Part shown: positions 1 to 10,891 of the stretch, piece after piece | Position numbering within the stretch: position 1 is the stretch's first letter | How the letters are laid out: each line of letters starts with the position of its first letter | Assembly: GCA_024137785.1 (NCBI GenBank) | Contig: JAHRHZ010000139.1 | Location: forward strand, 44,116,861 to 44,180,860 | DNA length: 64,000 nucleotides | Reading direction: 5' to 3' | From: Ginglymostoma cirratum | Taxonomy: Eukaryota | Program-made: the position numbers and the translations under genes | The notes under the pieces: generated by a model | The model's input: the letters and a program-made list of their open reading frames with translations, nothing else | Database searches by the model: none | What the model was told of the DNA's origin: nothing

Positions 1-145
1 ACCCAATGAGTGAATTTTCCTGGATGACTTGCTGCCTTTGTGGTGGGTGTACCTGTTGCTCCTCTGTATTTTGAGTGCTGGTTCCTAGCCACTTTGATTC
101 ACACTGCATGGTGTCAAGATAAAGACATACCATAGTGATGCCTTG

Positions 146-190
146 TGTGACAATGGAATGGCTTTAAGAGCTGCATATTATTATGTCCTT
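146..190 (+). mobile_element. 5' fragment of LTR family A
   Basis: TGTGACAATGGAATGGCTTTAAGAG...TTATGTCCT matches the reverse complement of 1021-1064. Confidence 0.65.
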
Positions 191-431
191 TTTTTTTTCC
201 TGGTCCCAGCAAAGGCTATAGGTATGACATGATCCTGCCTGGAGTATTAGATAAATATTCCAGATCAGCTAGTTTTTTTTTTTAATTGGCTAACACTATC
301 AAAGAACAGGAATCATTGGCAGATAAAGGAACTTCGAAAAGGGTATAATTAAGCCAGACTTAAGTAAATGGGAGAACATGGTCAAGGAGTCAAAATGGCC
401 TTCTTGGGTTTATAAATACCTTTGATACAAT

Positions 432-1064
432 TGATATGGACCAGAAAAAGCACCCTTCAAATTTATCAAGAAGATTACCTAGGCCCTAACTTTTAATCTT
501 ATTTAGAAGCAAGTGTGAGCTGTGTGTTCCAGCTGTCATTCGATTGGTTACACTACTTGGCTTTACACAGAACATACTTTATTGCTACTCCAAAATTAAA
601 ATACAAACAAAAGAAAGAAGGATTGGAATAATTTAACTCTATAGGAAAACTTAAATAATCTATTATTCTGTTAACAGCAACCACTCCAATACAGTGCCAT
701 AAATAAACCTCTGGAAAAGGCAAATTCAGTAAAATTGATTGTCTTACATGCAATTCTAGCAGCAAGAACAGAACCTAAGCTTTTAGCTGTAACAGACAGA
801 AAGATGTAGCAGCTTTGACAACTAGCTTCAAAACCCCAACAACTGCTGAAAACTAAACTAAAACCCTGATTCTGTGGGAGTCTGACTCCACCCATTCATG
901 CTGCTTCTAGTGTTCCAACTTTTAAAAGAAACCCAAGGCCTCACAAGCTGTTTAATTTATTAGCTTGGAGGTGACAGCTCAGCAACTATGGCTCAAAACC
1001 TCTTCAAGAGTGAAAAAACTAGGACATAATAATATACACCTCTTAAAGTCATACCATTGTCACA
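432..1064 (-). mobile_element. Solo LTR, family A
   Basis: On the minus strand it starts TGTGACAATGG and ends TCCATATCA (TG...CA). It is colinear with the copy at 18079-18689, e.g. GCTGCTAGAATTGCATG and TTTTACTGAATTTGCC. Confidence 0.7.
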
Positions 1065-1259
1065 CATGGTATCACCATGATATGTACTTCCATATCTTTG
1101 CAGTAAGCTTCTATTTTCAGGACAATATGGCTTCTTACTCACTGCAAGTTGGTACATACAAGAGGTCTCATTAATCATTCTCAAAGAAACCATAAATCAA
1201 AGGTGATAAAAGTGCCCATAAAATTGAGAAGCAAAAGCCAGAGGCTACACTGATACTGG

Positions 1260-1850
1260 TGTTAAGATTCCATTTGATGCTGCTGGACAAGTCAGATCCC
1301 AATGTCAGAGCTAGCTGACAAGATTACAAGTTTCTTTTCTCCTCACTTAGGTTACCAAGCAGATCTGGCACTGAGCAAGAGGCTAAATTACTTTCAACAA
1401 GACAACAATAAAAAAAGTTTATTACACGAAATAAAAACAAACTATTTAATTATACAAGAATATCTGAAATGGTCTAATTACAAATATCAAATTCAATCTT
1501 TTCACTCCAACAGAAATTTTACAGACAGCCAAACCTCAGCAAAAAGGTCACCTGTCTCTGCTTTAAAGTTCTTTATTCACTTGGCACAGCCGTAACTGGG
1601 TTATTTTCAGCAAATTTCTGCATTCATTCAATGCTATTGTCTTTAATGCCTCCTCCTAAAGACTCTTAAAACATACTTCAATTTAAACTCTCATATTCCT
1701 TAACATGGGTTCCTTGACATCAGGTCTTCAACAACTGTGCAGGATGCCTTCCCTTCTGACACCTCAACAATCTGTTTCTACAGCTGTTCTCCTACTGACT
1801 TCTAAGCTACTTAGGACTTCTTTTCAGCTCAGATTGCTCAGAGACTTAAT
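1260..1850. mobile_element. Degenerate LTR-like repeat, family B
   Basis: The start TGTTAAGATTCC..TGATG..CTGGACAAGTCAGATCCC resembles 37621 GTTTATGATCCC..TGATG..TTGGACATG..ATCCC. The right boundary is uncertain. Confidence 0.35.
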
Positions 1851-3009
1851 AGCACCTTTGCTGATAGGCAACTTTTTCCCCACTCTGAAATAAGCTGCAC
1901 ACTGCCTTACCTCTTTTAGACTGTTCTGACTTTGTGTTACTAGACAACAGATGCCAGGCAACAGCATTATTTTTTCTCTCTTCTGCCCTTTCTCTTCTAA
2001 TGCACTGAACTTTAGAAATCAAGCTCTCAAACAATAACGATATACCATGAACCACAACCTCAATAATATTTGGATTAGCCATATTTCCATCCTGAATGAC
2101 CATCACAGAATTGAATTAAACTGTATCCATCTCTTCACCTTGGTGAAATTAAAATATAAATTTTGCAACCAATTGTAATTAGCTTTCAGACATTTAAAGT
2201 ACAAAATTCCTTCCCAAAACTTTATCACTCCACTCCGATTCCATCTAAAAATCAACATACTTGACCAATTATTGACCATCTGGTTAAAGTCCTTAGGAAA
2301 TGCCTTAGGCATATCATGATGTTAAAGTTGCAAAATAAATGCGGTCAGTGTTTTGTTCAAAGAGATAGCTATTTGAGTCCATATTTTCACATCCTGTTCT
2401 ATATCTGTTTTCTTAGGAGAGGAAGAACAGAATGAAACCACAGCTGCTATCCTTCAGGGAGTGTACTCATCACAGCACTCCGCATCATATCAACTACTAG
2501 TCCAAAGCCCCAAAAGATCTAGATAGTGAGGTCCATGAAACAGTAAGAAATTCAAAGAGAGAAAAAGTACAAAGAAAATGAAGCAACTGTTGGACAAACA
2601 TCTTGCAGATTTCCTGCCTGCACTGTTCACTCAATTCTGGAGATAATAGATCTGCTGATATTTGTAATGACTTATTTTCACTTCTTAATAATTATCCTTG
2701 GTGAAATAGGTGCAGAAATCATTGGTTCTGAGCCCTCCAATGCCAGTCATCTTCAAAAATAAATTTTAATGAGCTCTCAGCAGTATCTAAACCTACAGAA
2801 TAAAATTGAAACATTATTAATTTCAGGTCCCAACTCACTTAAGTTATGCTGGAAATGCACTGAAAAAAGCATGTGTAACTTCAAGTTTTAATTTTCATGT
2901 TCTTTGAAAGACGTTTGAATAGGCAGAGAAACTCTGAAATATTCACAGGGAAACCCCTGTTAGCTCCCATCGCAGCAAGAATTTTATGCTGGAAAGCTCT
3001 AATTGCATA

Positions 3010-3590
3010 TGTGCTGATATATGGCCTACAAAGACTGGTAAATCATACCAATGTGCATTTCCTTTTAGCTGTTCCGAACCAACAAAGTACTGATCATACC
3101 CAACAAGCCATGCTAACAAAACCCAAAGCATGAAGTCCGACATTAAAACTGTGTTTCCATCATCATATAACATTTGTTAAACATTTCCAAGTGAGGTAAG
3201 AATGTATGATGACAACCAATTTAGAACTGTCAGTCAGCCTCCCACTTGTGCATACTGGAAATTTTTGTTTCAATTCAACAAAACAGGTGACAGCCATTCC
3301 GGTTCATTTCCCAGGGCAATGTCTTGACCAAATCAGTCAGTCAAAATACCTGGTTTAACAAAACGTGTCAGTTAACTGCTCTCACCTCCTAACTGCTACA
3401 TTCTCCATAACAATGCCTCTACCAGAATTCATTTGCCAACCAGTCAGCACTCTCCTCTCATACAATACAATGCTGTTTTTACTATCATATCGGTATTTCT
3501 TATGAATTGTTCTGATGAGTGATTGACAAAAAGCTTTTCACAAAATGTCTTTCAGCAATTCTCGACTTCCATTCTACCAAATGACTAATT
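3010..3590 (+). mobile_element. Old Penelope-like element 3' remnant with hammerhead-like motif
   Basis: The peptide QRLVNHTNVHFLLAVPNQQSTDHTQ resembles the region following the PLE GIY-YIG motif. The tail carries CTGATGAGTGATTGACAAAAAGCTT at 3512-3536. Confidence 0.55.
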
Positions 3591-4169
3591 ATTTCAGTGT
3601 GGAAGATGGATTAAAAGTAGCTAGAAAAATAAAGTAGTTTTGATGCCTTTCATCATCAGTATTTCAAACGAAAATTAAACAGAAGCTGGTAGTGCTGTCA
3701 TAGCAGAGATCCACGAACAAATTTACCACATTGAGAGCACAGCTAATGTAAAAATTGATATGCATGCAGCTCGCATGAATCAAATTAGGCTTTTAAAAAA
3801 AATGAGTCAAAGTGAAGCAAAGATAAAACTATCATGGTCAAGTAAAAGGAAAAGTAATGCAGTTAAGAATAAAATGTGAACAATGGAAATAGCCTAGAAA
3901 AATAACAATTGCTTCCCAAGGACAACAGGACAGACTCAAAGGAAGCAGGAACTGCAACTTGAGCCAACTCAAATGAGGCAATATGGTTTAATGCAGCTTA
4001 TTTGTACAACCTTGGTAAATGTTGAGGTGTGATTAAAATTTCGTCGTTGCTTTGTCATTTATAAGGTCTTCTTACACTACCTTACTTATATTTGGAATTC
4101 TTGAAACCAGTGTCAGTGAAATGACTCCAATTGTTCGGATCAATCCAATTCTTAAATCAGGTAGTAAAT

Positions 4170-4340
4170 TGTTATGCTTCAGACCAAACCCCTCAAAGTA
4201 TATTAAGAAGATAGGGCCTAGAGCACAACGTTTTTGTTTTGTTTTTAATAAGACAAGTAAAGGCATTGAGTTCCGGATGCAATTCGAAACTACCAGGCTT
4301 TAAACAAAACACACTTTATTCATACATTATAATTAAAATA
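4170..4340 (-). mobile_element. Partial LTR related to family A
   Basis: TGTTATG..AGACCAAACCCCTCAAAGTATATTAAGAAGATAG..CCTAG resembles 432-490 and the reverse complement of 18630-18689. Confidence 0.5.
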
Positions 4341-4835
4341 CATATAAAATGAAAATAAATTCTTCACTCCCTACCACACATACAAGAGAAAAACATAATA
4401 GGCCCTTTTTGCTGTCCCTTACACCCTTCGCATCACTCACTCAACCACTCCTCCCACTCATTCACTCAATGCTCCTCTTCCAAACGCTGTTCCCAACGTG
4501 CCCAGTTATTCATCAGGCCATCTCCTTTTTGGGTCCAATTGTTTGCAGAGTCATTACTTTAGGTGAAAAAAGCCTTTACAAACAAGAGTAGAAACATTTT
4601 GAAGATGTCATACTCCAAGCTCAGATAGGGCCTCTCAATTATTCAGGCAGTTACCAAGTTATACTGGTCAGCTTCTGCCGATGACAATTTGGCACATAAA
4701 CGTCCCGCGTCAACTACAAGTAATATCTGAGGTTAAAAGATGCTTTAATTCACAATCCCCTTTTTGGTCTGTCAGCAGCATTCAAATTTGGTCAGAGCAG
4801 ACCCATCAAATTCTCTGGACTATGCGGTCTCCTTA

Positions 4836-5185
4836 GAACCTGTACACTGTGGAACCAAGCCATTTGGCCCAATAAGTCCACACAACTCTCTGAAGAACAT
4901 CCCACCCAGACACATCCCCCTAACCTATCCCTGTAACCCTGCATTTCCCGTGGCTAATGCACCTAATCTACATATCCCTGGGCACTATGGGTAATTTAGC
5001 ATAGCCAATCCACCTAACCTGAACACCTTTGGACTGTGGGAGAAAACCAGAGCAACCAGCAGAACCCCACACAGATACAAGGAGGACATGCAAACTCCAC
5101 ACAGCTGCCCAAGGGTGGCATCGAACTCAGGTCCCTGGCACTGCGAGGCAGCAATGCTAACCACTGATCCACCGTGCTGTCTCCT
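4836..5185 (-). mobile_element. tRNA-derived V-SINE (HE1-like)
   Basis: Minus strand shows an A-box head CAGCACGGTGGATCAGTGGTTAGCA, B-box GAGTTCGATGCC, V-domain TGTGGAGTTTGCATGT...CCCACAGTCCAAAG and a CR1-like tail. Confidence 0.85.
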
Positions 5186-6689
5186 CTCCACAACTGCAAT
5201 TGCTCTCTCATGGAAGAGGGGAGGAGGATTCATGACCTCTGCAATTCTGTTGGGAGTCACAACCCACCCTTTGGTAATCCTTTAGAACGCAACTTGGTGG
5301 TTACACTGAAATTGAGAAGACTACTGATCATAATGCAGGGGTGTCAGTCATATCATAGTGAGCTATTTAGAAGTTTAACATTTGGGGTTCAAAGGAAGCA
5401 TCTGTTGCTCAGCCTGGCCCACAAGCAGTGCTGTAAAATCACTTTCATTATGGATGCAGCATCTGGTGCGTCATTTCATCTACTGGGTTTCTTGAGGCCA
5501 GAATACCAGGAAACAGCAGTTATAATTAAATTCTTACCAAAATTGAGAAATGCTGTCCCTTAAAAAAACATTTCCATAGTCACGCTACCTATCAAGACTG
5601 GATTGAATATCTAGCCCTCATTTCACCTGAACTTGGTGGGATCACGTTAAATTTTAGAAATTTTAACATCCCACTTGACCTAAACAGATATTTCTGCCAG
5701 CTTAGTTACCTCCAAGACTGAATTACGCATGGATCCAAGTGGGAACTTCCAACTCCCAATAACAGGGAGGCCATGTGGCCAGATAGGTAGTAAAATTCAC
5801 TAAGGTTAGACTGTGGCTCAACTCAGCTCCAATACACTCACTTTCAGTTTCAGAGGCATTTTGAATACCTGCAAATAACATACAACAAATAACAAATGAC
5901 AAAGTCAAGACCTTATTAGTGCAGGAAAGCAACCACTTATAACACGAATTAATGTCCTTCAGAGGTATTAGTAATGTATTTTAAATTTAAATTTGACTTG
6001 CCTTCATTTTGTGTCTGAAACAGCTGGTCCAGGCTCTGGGATCTTGGTAGCTGAACGATACAAAGAGCTGTACCCATCAGTTGAATCAAGTGGAATTTTG
6101 CGGCTGAGATTTGTGGAACAGTAATTTACGTAATGTGCAGAATACTGCAGACAGGTGTACAGAAATTGATCAAACATGCACTGTGCAGGCCAGAAGGCTT
6201 GGGGAGCTAAAATAACCCAATAAAAGCTGCAGGCATCTTTTCTCCCGCATTTAAAAATCATTGGTCTGTGATTAAAAAAACTTTGAAGCTATGAAATGTT
6301 TAGTACAAGTCCCAAATATCGTAAAATCACATTGAAGCCAATAAACACTTGGTGGTTGTTTTACTGCGCTGCCAATTTTGAACTTCGTTAAAATCTAATG
6401 TACACAATTAACATAGATGAATTTAGGTTAACTCAAGTATTTTGAAAACTGATTGAATGGTGATTTATTGACACTTGCACTCCACAATGAACAACACAGT
6501 AAAAAGAAAGCAAAAAGCTTCAACTGTTGCCACAATCCAGCACCACTTTGAATACCTTAAGAATCAACAGAATAAAAAGATAAAGAGTCCATCATTGGTC
6601 TTCCACCTCTGCCATGAGTCTTGAGTCCTGAGCCAGGTGACCAATGACACCTGTGCCAGACCCACCAACGTTAGAGTAGCCATTCTTCA

Positions 6690-7212
6690 GACACTATCTC
6701 TTCATCGCTGGGCCCACCTCACCAATGGGTCATCGAAGCCAGGCCCCAAGCTGCACCCACACTCTTCCTGCAAACTGGAGCTCCCAGCTCCACTGCCACC
6801 GCCACCTCGCCAATAACCAGGAGTTGCCGCTCTGGGCCTACTGAAACCAGGAGTTTCTAGCTCCACAGCTGCTGGCGCATCGCTAATACCTGGAGTCCAC
6901 TCTCCAGGCATACCACACCATTGCTGCTTCAGCCACCACCTCGCCGATATCCCTGGAGACCCTGCTCCAGGCCTACCACAAACAGGAGTTCCAGGCTCCG
7001 CTGCCAGGCCAGGTCTTCACTGCTTTGCTAAGGGTCCTGGTTCAGCCACCCTCCTCTGCGATGTCACCTTCCCTACCATCGCCAACAGGAAGAAGATTAA
7101 GAAAAACGAAAAAAGACGAAAAGGTCAGGAAAGAAGGGGAGAAGTGGCCAGTAGAGAGGGAGTGGGCCCAGGAGCACAAAAGCTGCCTACTTTTCTGGTG
7201 CTGCCACCTTGG
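6690..7212 (-). repeat. Non-coding GC-rich repeat with degenerate internal tandem units, related in layout to 33920-34401
   Basis: Recurrent CCACCTCGCC(A/G)ATA..C(A/T)GGAG units, then an A/G-rich tract and a GCCACCTTGG end, as in 33920-34401. Confidence 0.4.
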
Positions 7213-7544
7213 AATACTGCAGAAATTGGTACAAACTAAATATTTATCTATGATATCAGTTTACACTTTGAAATGTAGGCAAAGAATTTGATAGGAAGCT
7301 TCTTTTTTCCTCAAACTATACATTCATCAGATAAACATTATTTTAAATTCACCAGACAATAACATGTAGAAACTCAATCAATTTAAGTTCTCTAATTGTT
7401 CAATTATCCTGTGATGATAAAATATGAGAGACCAGGAAAAGAAGCTGTTCTTCTATCTTAAAAACATCTCCAGCGTCCAGGAGTGATGGAATTAAGGTAA
7501 AGCTGACACAGGCCCAGAGGAGCATAACGATGCTCCCTCACAAA

Positions 7545-7700
7545 AGATGAGTGACGGTGAGTTTAACCTAACGGTCACTGCGCCTCAGGCAAGGTTAAGA
7601 ATGCAGGACCTTCAAGGTGACCTCAGCCAGTATGGGACTTGAACCCGCGCTAGTGGCGTTAATCTGTATTGCAAACCAGTCAACTCAGCTTAATGAGCTC
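7545..7700 (-). mobile_element. tRNA-derived SINE fragment
   Basis: Minus-strand tRNA-like head with B-box GGGTTCAAGTCCC followed by CTGGCTGAGGTCACC. Confidence 0.6.
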
Positions 7701-8899
7701 CAGCTGAAGAAGCCTTAAAACAGATGTACAGTAGCAAGCAGGTCTCTAACACCAGAGCTTGAACAATGAATTAGATGTCTTATTCGGAAATTTTAGCATA
7801 ATGTGTCTTTTGACAGGATTGTGCGTCTTGTCAAAATAACAAATATGTTGCTTACACTGGCATAAAAACTATTACAAAAAGTGATTCAATATTATACCAG
7901 GACAAGCTGGTCAGGTACTGAAGTGTACAACTGACAGCAGGTTGATTGCTCACAAAATGATCATGTGCATAACTTCTTGAAATGCTTTTCTGATTAATGG
8001 GTGTTTTACCAATGCGCTATTATATTGTTAGCCAGTTCCCCCTGCCAATTTACCAACTAGTAAAGACATTAGTGTCTGGGGTTGTCTCATTATTTTGCAC
8101 AGATCTCATATCTGAACACGACAGTAACCAGACAGAAAGTTATATCTCACACTGTCTTTATAGTACCAGTGTTTTTTTTGTATTCAGTTGTGGGATATGG
8201 GCATTATCAGCATTTATTGCCCATCCTTAGTTGCCTTGGGAAGGTGGTGGTGAACTGGTGTGAGATTTACAGAGGGTGCTGCCATACAGTAAGATGTCCA
8301 ACCCTTTAAATGCAAACTGTAGACCAGCAAGGCAATATGCCTGATTATGTGACTACTATAACTGGCACAGCATAGCAAGGCAATACAAGACAAGGACGAT
8401 GCGAGCAGGCACATGCTAAGCGAGTGAACAATAAGAGAATAAGCCAACCAGCATGAGATAAAATTTGGTCCAATGTGCTGCGTGCCTGTCCTTGTTTGCA
8501 AAGTGCCTTTCCGCTGCCTTCCAAAGTTACATGCTGGTGCATCCTGCTGGGCAGGTCTGCTTCCTGAACATCCTGACAGTGGATCATTGGAAGACAGCTC
8601 AACTGAGGCGATTAAAGAAGTTAGATGGCAGTAAGAGTCACGAAACTTGCTGGTTTATCAGCATATTCAAGGAGAGAAAGCAACTGAGAAGTCAGAGAAG
8701 TGGGGGCCATTCCTGACACTGTACGAAGATTGGAAGAAACAGTGTTGCCTGGCAAAGTGGTCAGTGTGTGGCAAATGAACTCATCACTCCTCAGCTACCA
8801 TGATTGTGTGACAAGTTGGGATGAGAAGTAAAAGTACTAACAACAAATCCTTACAGCAGACAGACAAAGAGGAAATACCTAGGTGCCATGGACAGCACA

Positions 8900-9415
8900 G
8901 AAGTGCTATGCTTAAAGTAGGGTTCACCACCAAAGAATCAGTTTCCTTGAAATGCCAGAGTCGCATTGTTTCCAGAAGCTGCACCCAGTGCAGCAGGTGG
9001 CTACAAGACCGTGCCTCATGGAAGTACAGTCCTTGCTAGTTACATGGGCGTACCCTGCCCATAGCTGTGAAAGTGACAACAGCCTCGAACCTGCATGGTG
9101 TATTACAGGGTGTTTTCCTCACAGGATCAAGCACGTTACAGAGGTCCTGAATGAGGGGGCATCAGAGAACAGAAAGTTCCAAACAAATGGGACCACTGAA
9201 AAACCATGGGGTCTGTCTCCATGTCAAAGCATGATTGAGTGCACCCAAGGCCCCACGAAGGCTCTCATGGGCAGCCATAAACATTTAAAATAGGAAGGCA
9301 ATCCACTCCCTTAATATTCAACTGAATGTCTAAAGATTACCAATATTTTTAAGATATTTTTGCAAAGTTTCCTGGTGGCTTTCATGCTGCCTTCATCCTG
9401 AGGCCATCGCAGATT
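8900..9415 (+). pseudogene. Decayed PIF/Harbinger transposase (HARBI1-like DDE) remnant
   Basis: Ordered degenerate motifs: LPIAVKVTTASNL (~9054), RIKHVTEVL, MIECTQ (cf. IDCTH), RKAIHSLNIQL (~9292, cf. NRKGFHSLNVQL), AKFPGGFHAAFILR (~9362, cf. ARFPGSxHDAFIL). Frameshifts and stops are present. Confidence 0.7.
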
Positions 9416-9520
9416 GCTGAAATGCGTCCTACACTGAACACTGGCCATACTGTGGCTACTGTCACTACCTGAGGCACTGTTATGATTCTGATTGATGGTA
9501 CAAGTCAGATCTCAGAGTGA

Positions 9521-9616
9521 CCAAAAACAGAAATTGCTGGAAAAACTCAGCAAGTCTGGCAGTATCTGTAGAGAGAAATCAGAGTTAACGTTTTGGGTTG
9601 AGTGACCCTTCCTCAC
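9521..9616 (-). mobile_element. Short Penelope terminal-repeat unit with degenerate hammerhead
   Basis: Matches the PLE tail at 22353-22450. Perfect 12-bp TSD ATCTCAGAGTGA at 9509-9520 and 9617-9628. Confidence 0.8.
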
Positions 9617-10891
9617 ATCTCAGAGTGAACTCAGACTGGCTTGATAGAACATAGTTTTTCAAGTTGGTCAGTTATGGCAGCTACTTGCTGAGTCAAATTC
9701 ACACAAGTTGCAGAGCTTCCTTAACGGTAGAAAAAGAAAAAAAAAGCTAAATAAAGAAAACAGTTAGCAAGGTCTATAAAAAAAATCAGCAAGCAAAGTA
9801 GTTTCAACATTCTCTATCTGAAACAGAGATTTAATTCCAGACGAAATACTCATCTAATTCAACTCTAAGTTTGTGCTTCACTGCCATGTTACAATTTCTG
9901 GAGACAATTCAATGAGTCCTTTCCAAATCTGCTGACATGAGCTTTTCTACAAATATGAGAGGCTAATACTTCTCAATTCTAATAGCCTGTAGCGTTACAA
10001 ACAAACTCTCCTGTTTCGAAAATTTCACGAAGTAAACCCTTCTGGTTCCTTGAACTGCCCTGAAAAGTTCCTTGTAGAAGAAGAGAAACTGTATTTGCAA
10101 AGAAAACTTCACAGAAATAACCAGCACCCATCTGTCTCTACTTTGAAATCCAAATTCCAAAAATAATTGATATAAATTACACACCTCAAATCACACTACC
10201 TCAATTCATACCTGCTTTTGCTGAATAGATGGTATTACCATGTTGCTCACCAGATAAAAACGAATTCCTGTAGCTTTTAATTGCACCTGTAAAGAAGGAA
10301 TCTGCAAACTAAAGAACCACCCTTGCAATGGTGTGTACAATACTGCTTCTCCACTGTGTTTCAGCCTTTGTAAATTACATAGTATTCACGGTAATGGCTC
10401 CTAGCTGCGCTTTAAATTGATTGCACCATATCCCACCACCTCAATGAATCTACTGTTGTCCACAACTAGGCAGTGAATATGCCAGTGGGCTATTACCTTC
10501 ATTAACTGATTAATTAATACTTTCAAATTAATAGTCATGGAGTCATACAGCACAAATGGCCAATATTCAGCAATGGTGCAGGTCTGGGACTCTAAAGTAA
10601 TGCCAACCCTGAATTGCAATTTCAATCAGACAGGTGAGACTATTTAACTCAATGTAAAAGCTTGTGGTGGAATAAACTCCACACTTGCAAAAAATAATTT
10701 TCAGTCCCAGAGAGGATTTATGGAAGTAATTTAGACTTACTAAATCATTTACAGTGACATGACCAAGTCCTAATTCTTTTTTACAAATATGTAACTAGTA
10801 TCTAGAACAAAGAACAAAGAAAATTACAGCACAGGAACAGGCCCTTCGGCCCTCCAAACCTGCGCCGATTGAGATCCTCTGTCTAAACCGG

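Noticed and set aside
2417-2545. Plus-strand exon-like segment after TTTTCTTAG
   Set aside because: Stops in all frames before the better donor, and no recognisable product.
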